Below are positions 1 to 8,564 of a stretch of 33,085 nt of DNA, piece by piece. Below the pieces are notes generated by a model. That model did no database searches. It was given only the letters and a program-made list of their open reading frames with translations, and had not been told where the DNA came from. The DNA comes from an uncultured bacterium (GTDB lineage: Bacteria; Lernaellota; Lernaellaia; Lernaellales; Lernaellaceae): positions 1 through 33,085 of the forward strand of contig CAZHPN010000055.1 in the NCBI GenBank assembly GCA_964534375.1. Reading direction: 5' to 3'. Each line of letters opens with the position of its first letter. The first letter of the stretch is position 1. Made by a program: the position numbers and the translations under genes.

Positions 1-2
1 AA

Positions 3-85
3 TATCAAGCACTTACATTTCGTGAAAAAACGCTCGTGTTCGATTTCCGAACACGTGTGTTCGATTTTCGAACACCATCGAACAC
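3..85. promoter_or_regulatory. IHF-consensus site followed by two tandem palindromes GTGTTCG-N5-CGAACAC
   Basis: TATCAAGCACTTA (3-15) matches WATCAANNNNTTR. Palindromes at 36-54 and 57-75, plus a half site CGAACAC at 79-85. Function is inferred. Confidence 0.4.
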
Positions 86-218
86 TTATCGGTGCGCGCG
101 AGGGGTCGACGTTTTGTGGCGAACGGTCCAAATATGTCAGTTTCGGGGCATGCTCCGAGTGCCGTTACCGCCTTGCGCCGCTTGGGGGGACCCGAGTCCG
201 TTCACGCTGACGCCCCGG

Positions 219-333
219 TTTCCGAAGTGACTGGCACCTGTTTCCGGCAGTTTCCGAAGTGGCTGGCACCTGTTTCCGGCAGCACCTGTTTCCGGCAGCA
301 CCTGTTTCCGGCAGCACCTGTTTCCGGCAGCAC
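219..333. repeat. 16-bp modular tandem repeat
   Basis: CACCTGTTTCCGGCAG at 235-250, 267-282, 283-298, 299-314 and 315-330. TTTCCGAAGTG(A/G)CTGG at 219-234 and 251-266. Confidence 0.95.
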
Positions 334-370
334 GGTCAAGGAATGACGGCCGCCGCCGCCGAGGCGGCGT

Positions 371-445
371 CGAGTTACGAATGACGAGTGACGAGTTGAA
401 CGCGCAACTCGTAACGCGCAACTCGTAACGCGCAACTCGTCGCGC
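371..445. repeat. Heptamer-periodic array: CGAGTTA/CGAATGA units, then (AACGCGCAACTCGT)x3
   Basis: 14-mer exact at 399-412, 413-426 and 427-440. The left units are partly complementary to the right units. Confidence 0.9.
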
Positions 446-540
446 AGCCTCCCCCTTCCCCCCGGTTGCAGATCGACGCACGGGCGTCACATACTGGGCA
501 AGCAAACAACAACCAACCCGCGCCGATGGGGAGAACACAG

Positions 541-1764
541 ATGAATATCCGCTTCTTGTCGTGGGCGCTTTTGGCGGTGTTGGCCGGCGCAAGTTTCGCC
601 GTTTCCGCGTCGTGCGGCGCCGCCGCCAGCCGGGCGGGCGGCAACCCGGCCGATGACGATGCGGCAGCCGACGACGACGACAACGACGACAACGACGCGT
701 CGCCGTATTACGCGCCCGACGAACCGGGCCCGTTTGCGGTGGGCGTGACGACGATCTACCTGACCGACAAAACCCGCTGGGAAGATTACGGCCGGCGTTT
801 TCGCCAGATGCCCGTCGAGATTTGGTACCCGTCGAGCGGGCAAGGCGGCGCGCCGAACACGATCTCGGCGATCGTCGGCGAGATGCCCGCTTGGGCGATG
901 GACATTTTGCACCTGTTGTTCGGCGACGGCTTCGACGCGTTCTGGAACCTGACCACGTCGGCCAGCCGTGGGGCCGCGATTCTGGCGGACGGCGCGCCCT
1001 ACCCGCTCGTGCTGTTCAGCCACGGCGACGGCGGCCTGCGCGTCCAAAATTTCACGCTGTGCGAACGGCTGGCGAGCCACGGCTTCGTCGTCGCCGCGCC
1101 CGACCATTACGCCAACGCGGCCGTCACCAACGTGCCCGGAACGGAGCCGATTATTTTCGACCCCACCACCATGGACACGAGCTACTACCCGCAGCGCCGG
1201 TTGGACATTCAGTTTCTGGCCGCGCAATTATCGCTGATCAACGTGGCCGACGGCCCGTTGCACGGGTTGTTCGACTTCTCGCGCCTGGGCATGGCCGGCC
1301 ACAGTTCCGGCGGCTGGACGACGCTCGACGCCGGCGTGACCGACGATTTCCTCGACGGCATCGCGCCGCTGAACGGGTTGTGGCTCGCGCCCACGTATCC
1401 GGCGTACGCGAAGCCGATGTTCATGATCCAGGGCGAACGCGACACGGTGATCGGCGCGGCCGAGAACGCGAGCCTGATCGAAATCTTCAACGACCTCGCC
1501 TCGCCGAAGAAAATCCGCCTCGATTTCCGGGAGGGCGGACACACGAGCGCCACCAACGCCTGCAGTTTCTACCCGTCATGGGCGAAACAAATGTCGGCCG
1601 ACTGCAACGGCGCGAACCTCGATCCCGCGATCGGCGTCGCCATTTCCTCGGCGTATCTCACGGCCTATTTTCATTCGATTCTCATGGGCGATTCGCGCTA
1701 CGACGCCTACCTGGCCGAAAATCACTATCCGGACGAGATCGATTTCACCGCGGTGTGGCCGTAA
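541..1764 (+). CDS. Alpha/beta-hydrolase lipoprotein (PAF-acetylhydrolase/chlorophyllase/dienelactone hydrolase-like)
   Basis: ATG 541 after GGAGA. Signal peptide ends VSASC (lipobox-like). Motifs PLVLFSHGDGG, LASHGFVVAAPDH and nucleophile elbow GHSSGG, with candidate Asp (GERD) and His (GGH). Confidence 0.85.
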   Translation: MNIRFLSWALLAVLAGASFAVSASCGAAASRAGGNPADDDAAADDDDNDDNDASPYYAPDEPGPFAVGVTTIYLTDKTRWEDYGRRFRQMPVEIWYPSSGQGGAPNTISAIVGEMPAWAMDILHLLFGDGFDAFWNLTTSASRGAAILADGAPYPLVLFSHGDGGLRVQNFTLCERLASHGFVVAAPDHYANAAVTNVPGTEPIIFDPTTMDTSYYPQRRLDIQFLAAQLSLINVADGPLHGLFDFSRLGMAGHSSGGWTTLDAGVTDDFLDGIAPLNGLWLAPTYPAYAKPMFMIQGERDTVIGAAENASLIEIFNDLASPKKIRLDFREGGHTSATNACSFYPSWAKQMSADCNGANLDPAIGVAISSAYLTAYFHSILMGDSRYDAYLAENHYPDEIDFTAVWP

Positions 1765-1789
1765 CGGCGGACGCCGCGGCGGCGGGAAG

Positions 1790-1867
1790 CGAATTACGAG
1801 TTACGAATTACGAATGACGAGTGATGGGAAAGTCGTAACTCGTAACTCGTAACTCGTAACTCGTCAC
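1790..1867. repeat. Inverted heptamer arrays forming a long hairpin between convergent genes (possible bidirectional terminator)
   Basis: CGA(A/G)T(T/G)A x5 at 1790-1824 faces TCGTAAC x4 plus TCGTCAC at 1833-1867. The last unit contains the stop codon of the minus-strand gene. Confidence 0.9.
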
Positions 1868-3042
1868 GGGCGCCGCGGCAGCTTCGCGCTGTGCCGGCGC
1901 AGGGCGTCGGCCGTCAGGCCGGCGAGCGCGCGGCAACCGTCCGGCGTCGGGTGGATGTGATCGAACAACAGATCGGGGCGGCCGGAGAGCGGCGTGGCGT
2001 CGATCACGCGCGCGGCCGGGAACGTGCGGTCGATCATCTCGTAGATCGCCGCCCAGGCGCGCAGGTGAGCCGCGTAATTGAAGGCGTGATACCAGGTGAA
2101 GCAGCGCTCGTCGCGCACCGCCTGCGGCAAGTCGGGCGCGATCAGCGTGGCCTGCTTCATCACATAAAATTCCGCGCCCAGCAGGTCGCACACGCCTTTC
2201 ATCAGCAGCAGGTTCTGGCGAAAAACGTCGACGCCGCGCAGGTCGAAATCGGCCGCCAGTTCGGCGTCCGTTTTTCGCGGGCCGCCGGACTCGCCGCCGC
2301 CGATCGGCAGCCGGCCCCGCCGCGCGTGCGCCACACGAGTCGCGCAGTAAAGCTGCGACCAGCCCAACCAGCGGTCGAGGAAAGCGGCGGCCAGCGCGGG
2401 TTGGCCGACGACGGCCGGGAAGCCCCAATCGCGCTCGCCGGTGTAGAGCCGCCGCACGAGCCGTTCCGGACTCGCGTCGTCGAAATAGTACATCTCGTTC
2501 CAACCGTGGTAGACGACGACAATGTCCGGCGAAAAAAACCGGATCTGCGACCAGAGCCGGCCGTAGGACTCGAACGACGTGTAGCCGTCGGCCGCGGCGT
2601 TGATCATTTCCAGGTCCAGACCCGGGTACGCTTCCTTCAAACGCCGCCACGTTTGGAACGGCCAGGTGTCCTGGTCTTCGAGCAACGTCCCCGTGCCGGC
2701 GGTCGAACTGCCGCCGAAGAAGGCAATGCGCAGGCGCCCGGCGGGTTTGGCGACGGTTTGCATGGCGGGCGTCGAAACGAAGCCGAAGTTGTTCACCGAC
2801 TTGTGCGCGGACGCGTCGTTGCCGGGCCGCGGCACGAACGCCGCATACGGATGCACGTGCGCCCAATGCTGCTTCGGATTCGGCTGCTGCACCGGCGAGG
2901 TCAGTTCGCGAATGTCGAGCGGCCGGCGCGCGCGCATCATTTTCTCGCCGATGCCGAGGAGCGCCAACGCCGCCGTCGCCGTCATCGCCGCAACGAACAG
3001 CAGGCGTTTTCGCCAGGAAATTTCGCGACCTTCTTGCATCAT
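1864..3042 (-). CDS. Membrane-anchored SGNH/GDSL hydrolase family protein
   Basis: N-terminal TM helix. Blocks IAFFGGSSTAG, INAAADGYTS, YHGWNE and DHIHPT (DxxH). Start at ATG 3042 or 3039 after GGAAAGGG. Confidence 0.85.
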   Translation of the reverse strand: MMQEGREISWRKRLLFVAAMTATAALALLGIGEKMMRARRPLDIRELTSPVQQPNPKQHWAHVHPYAAFVPRPGNDASAHKSVNNFGFVSTPAMQTVAKPAGRLRIAFFGGSSTAGTGTLLEDQDTWPFQTWRRLKEAYPGLDLEMINAAADGYTSFESYGRLWSQIRFFSPDIVVVYHGWNEMYYFDDASPERLVRRLYTGERDWGFPAVVGQPALAAAFLDRWLGWSQLYCATRVAHARRGRLPIGGGESGGPRKTDAELAADFDLRGVDVFRQNLLLMKGVCDLLGAEFYVMKQATLIAPDLPQAVRDERCFTWYHAFNYAAHLRAWAAIYEMIDRTFPAARVIDATPLSGRPDLLFDHIHPTPDGCRALAGLTADALRRHSAKLPRRP

Positions 3043-3266
3043 CCCTTTCCGCGGCGATTCCCGCGGCCGACGGTCGACGCCGTCGGCGCGATTGTGCCAT
3101 TGACCGGCCCGCGCTGGCAAACAAGCCGCAAGCGCCCACGAACGGCGGCGGTTTTGGCGTCTTCTTGACGCCTCGAGGCGGCCGGCGCAACAATGCCCTG
3201 CCCCATTCGGCGGCGCGCGGCGCGATCGGCGCGCGGAGGCGAAATGCGCGAACAACGAGCCGTTTC

Positions 3267-5990
3267 TTGACGCGGCAGGACGCGCTGGACCGGGCCGCGG
3301 CCGGCCGCCTGGCCGGCGCCGACCTCGCCGGCGTCCCTCTCGCCAAGGCCGATTTATCGGGCGCGAATCTCCAAAAAATCGCCGCCGCCGGGGTCCGGCT
3401 GCGCGGGGCGGCGTTGCGCGGCGCCGACCTCGCCGGCGCTAACCTGGCCGGCGCCGACTTGCGCGAAGCCGATCTGACCGGCGCCAACCTGGCCGGCGCC
3501 GATTTGCGCGGCGCGCGCCTGCGGGAATGCCGTCTCGCGCGCGTGCAAGCGGCGGACGCCACGGCGGCAGGGGCCGATTTTTCCGTGGCGTTGTTGCAGG
3601 ACGCCGATTTCTCGCGGGCCGATCTGCGCGGGGCAAAATTCTACGGCGCCGCGCTCGACCGCGTGAATTTCGCCGGCGCCGATTTGTCGCGCGCGGAGTT
3701 CGACGGCGCGGAATTCCGCGAGGTCAATTTCGCCGGCGCCAATTTGGAACGGGCGACGCTGCATCGCGTTTACGGCCAGCCGCTGGCGGCGCTGGAGGCG
3801 TTGCAGGCGCGCGGCGCGCTCATCGACTGGTTTTTGTTCCGCCGTTTGCTGCGCGTGCTGCGGCGCAGCCTGGCGGCGAAGATCGTCGCGGCGGCGGCGA
3901 TCGCGGCGCTCGGCGCCGCCGGCTGGCAGTGGTTCGGCGAGCCGGACCATTGGTCGTACGAAACGCTGCAACGACGCGCCGAGGAACGATTCCACCGCGG
4001 CGAAATCGAGCGGGCCGTCGCGCTGGAACAGATGATCGTCCGCCGCTTCGGCGCCGACCGCAATCGCGCCGCCGACGCGCGGCTGGCGATCGCCGGCGGC
4101 TGGCGCGCGCGCGGGCGAATCGACCAGGCGCTGGCGGCCTACGAGGAAATCGCGGCGGCGTATGCGGGCGCTCCACAGGCGAGGGAGGCGCTGGAAGCAA
4201 TGGGGCGGATCGACGAGGAGCGCGGCGACCAGGAGCGGACCCGCGTTGTCTTCGAGCGGCTTGCTCAAACCGCGGCCGGAGACGCGGACGCCGCACGGCA
4301 GGCGGATTTCGCCCTCGCCGGCGTGCTGGCGAAGGAAGGCAAGAAGGTCGAGGCGCTCGCGCAATACGACGCGCTTTTCGTCAAGTATCGCGCCGAAAAA
4401 GACGCCGGCGACCGCGCGTTGCTCGCGTCGATCTCGTTGCTGTGCGAACTGGCGCGATTCGACGAGGCGGACGCCGCGCTGGCGCGCCTGCAGCAATACG
4501 ACGTCACGCCGCACGGCTTCGAGGCGCGGCTGGACGGCGAACGGAAGATCGTCGAGGCCCTGCGCCGGCGCGGCGACCTTGCGGCGGCCGCGCAACGCAG
4601 CCGGGCCGTTTACGAAACCTATCGCCGCGGCGGGCCGGACGGCGGCGACGAGGCGCCCGAATTGTTTCCACCCCAGGGCGAGGCGCGCTACCGGCAATTT
4701 TATCAAGCCGGGCATGGCGCCGAGCGCGTCCGTGAGTTCGGCTTCCTGCTCGTCGAGATTGATCAGCAGCAGGCGAAGATTTCCGAGGCCGAGACGCGAC
4801 TCGCCGAATTGGGCCGCCGCGCCGCGTCCGACGACCCCGGCCGCTTCTACGGCTTGCAGATGGCGCAGGCGCGGCTGTGCCTCGACCATGGCCGCGTCGC
4901 CGCCGGCGAGGCGATTTATCGCGCGATCATGACCCAGCGTCCCTCGGCCGAACTTGCCGCGCAGGCGGCGCTCGATCTGGCCGGCGCGTGGCGCCGCCGC
5001 GGCGAACGCGCGGCGGCGGCCCGGCTGCTGCGCGAAACGATGGCCGACGACCGCGCCGGCGGGCGGCGGGTCAGCGCGGCGATGGAACTGGCCGATCTGT
5101 TGGTGGAGGAAAAACGCTTCGCCGACGCCGACGCGGCGCTGGCCGGTCTGGCGCGAAAATTTGCCGCGGGCGCCGACGAGCGGGCGGACCTCGTCTTGCG
5201 GCGGGCGCAGTTGCTGGCGCAGCAGGATCGCGTCGCCGCGGCGATCGCGCTGGTCGACGCCGAACGGTCCCGCTTTGCGAGCCGGGCGAAGCGGCTCGAA
5301 GCGCAACGCGTCGTGCTGGGCCTGCAGGCGGGCCGCGGCGACATGGCCGCGGCGGAAGCGACGTACCGCGCGCTCGCCAAAGAATTCGCCGGCGACCCGG
5401 CGCTGGCGGGCGTGCAGGTTGATCTCGGGCAGCGTTACGTCGGCCGGCAAATGACCGCGCCGGCGCTGGCGCTGTTCGCCGCGGCCGCCCAAGACCCGCA
5501 CACGGACGCCGGCCGCTCGGCGCGGTGGGAAACGGCCGCCCTGCTGGCGGCGACGGGCGAGCCGGCGAAGGCGGCCTCGATTTTCGACGAGTTGATCGCC
5601 GAGCCGGGCGGCCCGCCGCAAGCGCTGCAGGCCGGCCTGGCGTACGCGGCGCTGCTCGAGCAGCAGCAGCGCTGGGACGACCTCGACCGGCTGTTCGCCC
5701 GTCTGCGCGCCATTTGGCCGCAGCAAAGCGGCGAACGCGATGCGCTCACGCTGCGGCAGGCCGCCGTCTTGCGCCGCCGCGAACGGCCCGCCGACGCCGC
5801 GGCGCTATTGGAAAAAGCGCTGGATGGCTTCGCCGACCGGGAGGGTCTCTATCAGGCGTGCGAGATGCTGCTGACGATCGCTCGCGCGGCCGGCGACGAA
5901 AAGAGAGCGGCCGCGACGCTCGCCCGGATCGCCGCCGCGTTTCCGGACGACCCCGGCCGGCTCGCGCGGGCGCGGGACAATCAGCGGTGA
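3267..5990 (+). CDS. Pentapeptide-repeat / single TM / TPR-like repeat protein
   Basis: About 31 consecutive A(D/N)LxG-type pentapeptides, a basic stretch, TM IVAAAAIAALGAAGWQWF, then ~680 aa of TPR-like helical repeats. Start uncertain: TTG 3267 chosen, frame open from 3165. Confidence 0.8.
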   Translation: MTRQDALDRAAAGRLAGADLAGVPLAKADLSGANLQKIAAAGVRLRGAALRGADLAGANLAGADLREADLTGANLAGADLRGARLRECRLARVQAADATAAGADFSVALLQDADFSRADLRGAKFYGAALDRVNFAGADLSRAEFDGAEFREVNFAGANLERATLHRVYGQPLAALEALQARGALIDWFLFRRLLRVLRRSLAAKIVAAAAIAALGAAGWQWFGEPDHWSYETLQRRAEERFHRGEIERAVALEQMIVRRFGADRNRAADARLAIAGGWRARGRIDQALAAYEEIAAAYAGAPQAREALEAMGRIDEERGDQERTRVVFERLAQTAAGDADAARQADFALAGVLAKEGKKVEALAQYDALFVKYRAEKDAGDRALLASISLLCELARFDEADAALARLQQYDVTPHGFEARLDGERKIVEALRRRGDLAAAAQRSRAVYETYRRGGPDGGDEAPELFPPQGEARYRQFYQAGHGAERVREFGFLLVEIDQQQAKISEAETRLAELGRRAASDDPGRFYGLQMAQARLCLDHGRVAAGEAIYRAIMTQRPSAELAAQAALDLAGAWRRRGERAAAARLLRETMADDRAGGRRVSAAMELADLLVEEKRFADADAALAGLARKFAAGADERADLVLRRAQLLAQQDRVAAAIALVDAERSRFASRAKRLEAQRVVLGLQAGRGDMAAAEATYRALAKEFAGDPALAGVQVDLGQRYVGRQMTAPALALFAAAAQDPHTDAGRSARWETAALLAATGEPAKAASIFDELIAEPGGPPQALQAGLAYAALLEQQQRWDDLDRLFARLRAIWPQQSGERDALTLRQAAVLRRRERPADAAALLEKALDGFADREGLYQACEMLLTIARAAGDEKRAAATLARIAAAFPDDPGRLARARDNQR

Positions 5991-6036
5991 ACTGTCGTCA
6001 GCGATCAGCGGCCCGCGGTCGGAAAATCGCGGTTCG

Positions 6037-8334
6037 CTACAATGCCGGCGTCGCCGGCGCAACCGGCGAGGGCGTCGCGACGCGGACCCGGCCGGCCGCG
6101 TGTTCGCGGGCGAATTGCTCCATCGCTTCCGCCGGGCCGGGCTTGCAAAACTGATATCCCTGCCCGCCGTCGCACTGCACGGAGACTCGCCCCTGGCGCC
6201 GCAGCGAACGCAGGGCCGCGAATTGTTCGGGCGTCTCGACGCCTTTGGCGACGACTTTCAACCCGAGGCTGTGCGCCATCGCCATGATCGTCTTGACGAT
6301 GGCCAGATTGTCGGCGTCGTCGACGACGTGGCGGACGAAATAGCGGTCGATCTTAAGGGTGTCCACCGGCAGCCGCTTGAGCCACGCCAGCGACGAGCAA
6401 CCGGAGCCGAAGTCGTCCAGAATCACCCGTACGCCGAGGTTGCGCAGTCCCTGGAGAATGCGCACGACCGATTCCGAGTTGTGCATCGCCGCCGTTTCCG
6501 TAATTTCGACCGCGAGGTTCGAGGGCAGCAAACCGCTGGCCGACAGGCACGCCGCCACGTCGGCGACGATATCGCCATTTTCCAACTGCCGATCGGACAA
6601 GTTGACCGCGATCGGCGCCGCCAGCACGCCGGCGCGCTGCCACGCCGCGTTTTGGCGGCAGGCCTCGGCCAGCACCCATTTGCCGATGGGCACGATCAAC
6701 CCGCTGGCTTCGGCGGCGTGGATAAACGCGAGCGGAAAAATCAGCCCTTCGCGCGGATGCCGCCAGCGCAGCAGCGCCTCGACGCCGACGATTTTGTCGG
6801 TGTCCAAGTCGATCACGGGCTGATAGTGGAGCACGAATTGCTCGTCGGCGATCGCCTGGCGCAGCGCCGACACGGCCGAATCCGCTTCCTCGGCCGTGCC
6901 GCCCATCGCCGGCGAGAAGAAGCTGAAGCTGTCGCCGCCCTTTTCCTTTGCGGCGTACATCGCCATATCCGATTCCTTCAGCAGAGTCTCGATGTCGCCG
7001 CCGTGGTCCGGGACAACGGTGATTCCGGCGCTGCAGTGCACGCAGACCTCGGTTCCCGCGACGACGATCGGCTGGCGCGCGGCGGCGACGATGCGGGAGG
7101 CGATCGCCGCGCAGTCCCGCGGGTTCGGCAGACCGCCGACAATGACCACGAATTCGTCGCCCCCCAGCCGGGCCAGCGTGTCGTACGGGCGGATGCACGC
7201 CGCGAACCGGCGCGCGATCTGCCGCAGCACTTCGTCGCCGGCGCCATGTCCGAGACGATCGTTGACCTCCTTGAAGCGGTCGAGATCCGCGAGAATAAAG
7301 GCGCTGAAATCGCGGTGGCGGCGCGCCCGCGCCAGGTTCTGCTGCAGATGCTCATGCAGCAAGACGCGATTCGGCAGGCCCGTCAGACTGTCATGGGTCG
7401 CCGTATGCCGGAGCTGCTCCTCGGCGCGCTTCCACCCCGTGATGTCCTCCGAGACGGCCAGAACGCCCGTGACGACGCCGGCCTTGCCGACCAGTGGAAT
7501 CTTGCTGGTGCGCAACCAATTTCTGCCGCCGCTGGCGGTGGTTTCCGCCTCTTCGTAATCCCGTTTCGCCTGCCCGGTTTCGAGCACTTGCCGGTCGTCC
7601 GCGCGATAGATTTCCGCCCGGTCCGCCCAGGGCATCTCAAAATCGCTCTTGCCGACGATCTCCGCCGTCGACGCCAGACCCGCGTCGGCCGCGAGGAGGC
7701 CGTTGCAGCCCAGAAAATTCAGGTCGCCGTCTTTCCACCAGACCCGCACGGGAATTGCGTCCAGCACCGTACGGAGGATCTGCCGCGATTCGTGCACGGC
7801 TTCCTCCGCCTCCACCTGCGCCGTGATGTCGATCGCGGCGCCGATCCATTTCGCGGGCCGGCCGTGCTCGTCAAAAATCAACGTCGCGCGATCGCGCCAC
7901 ACCGAATACGCGCCGTCTTTGCGCCGAAGCCGAAGCTGCACCGCGTACGGCGCGCCCGTCTCGAAGTTCGACTTGGCGGCCTCCAGCACTTTGATCGAGT
8001 CGTCGGGGTGGATCAAATCGGACCAGGCTTCCAGCGTACGCGGCGACTCGCCGGCCGGATAACCCAGGGGCGTGTCCGGATCGCCGTGGAACTCGGCGAC
8101 GCCGGTGTTGAAGTCGCGCACGTAAATCACCGCGCTGGCGGCCTGCATCGCGGTCAACAATACGTCGCGGCTTTCGCGCGCGACGCGCAATTCTTCGCAC
8201 GCGGCGTCGAGCCGCTGCAACAGGTCGCCGGCTAACTGGTGCGCTTCGCCAGACCCGCCGTGGCGTTCGCCAAGCGCCTCGACGCGCGCGCGAAGCTCTT
8301 CGACATCGGCATCGAACAAGTTGGGGGCTTTCAT
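6037..8334 (-). CDS. PAS-PAS-GGDEF-EAL diguanylate cyclase/phosphodiesterase
   Basis: Two PAS/PAC domains (IHPDD...DIT; WWKD...EDIT). HDSLTGLPNR, RPYD I-site, RLGGDEF, then VEALLRW, DDFGSG and LKIDR. Confidence 0.95.
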   Translation of the reverse strand: MKAPNLFDADVEELRARVEALGERHGGSGEAHQLAGDLLQRLDAACEELRVARESRDVLLTAMQAASAVIYVRDFNTGVAEFHGDPDTPLGYPAGESPRTLEAWSDLIHPDDSIKVLEAAKSNFETGAPYAVQLRLRRKDGAYSVWRDRATLIFDEHGRPAKWIGAAIDITAQVEAEEAVHESRQILRTVLDAIPVRVWWKDGDLNFLGCNGLLAADAGLASTAEIVGKSDFEMPWADRAEIYRADDRQVLETGQAKRDYEEAETTASGGRNWLRTSKIPLVGKAGVVTGVLAVSEDITGWKRAEEQLRHTATHDSLTGLPNRVLLHEHLQQNLARARRHRDFSAFILADLDRFKEVNDRLGHGAGDEVLRQIARRFAACIRPYDTLARLGGDEFVVIVGGLPNPRDCAAIASRIVAAARQPIVVAGTEVCVHCSAGITVVPDHGGDIETLLKESDMAMYAAKEKGGDSFSFFSPAMGGTAEEADSAVSALRQAIADEQFVLHYQPVIDLDTDKIVGVEALLRWRHPREGLIFPLAFIHAAEASGLIVPIGKWVLAEACRQNAAWQRAGVLAAPIAVNLSDRQLENGDIVADVAACLSASGLLPSNLAVEITETAAMHNSESVVRILQGLRNLGVRVILDDFGSGCSSLAWLKRLPVDTLKIDRYFVRHVVDDADNLAIVKTIMAMAHSLGLKVVAKGVETPEQFAALRSLRRQGRVSVQCDGGQGYQFCKPGPAEAMEQFAREHAAGRVRVATPSPVAPATPAL

Positions 8335-8341
8335 GCGGCGC

Positions 8342-8350
8342 AAACTACCA
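8342..8350 (-). promoter_or_regulatory. Extended -10 promoter, probably giving a leaderless mRNA
   Basis: Minus strand reads TG-g-TAGTTT, 7 nt, then ATG 8334. No Shine-Dalgarno is present. Confidence 0.45.
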
Positions 8351-8564
8351 TATTTAGCGGCGCGCCGTCACGGTGTCTTTTCCAGCCCGGCGCCGCCTTC
8401 GAGGTCGTGCGGCCGGCGGCGGCTCCGGATTCTGGAAGACCCAAGAACGGCCGCATTTTCCGCTTGCAAACCCTCGCATTTTCAGGTATGCAGATTCCCA
8501 GTGGGAAAAAGCGTCTTCCGGATTCGACAACTGAGAAAATAACGACCTGGAAAGGAAGACACGT

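Noticed and set aside
48..63. LexA (SOS) box
   Set aside because: The spacing is CGAAC-N6-GTTCG, not the N4 of the Gram-positive box. The GAAC direct repeat at 70-83 is N6, not N7.
219..333. Possible mini-CRISPR array
   Set aside because: Units are only 16 bp and mostly head-to-tail, the two intervening segments are near identical, and no cas genes are in the window.
3303..3767. Qnr-type quinolone resistance gene
   Set aside because: The pentapeptide block is fused to a TM helix and TPR region. Repeat pattern alone does not indicate Qnr.
6020..6045. Antisense promoter (TACAAT) at the 3' end of the GGDEF-EAL gene
   Set aside because: No convincing -35 or extended -10, and no credible downstream + strand gene.
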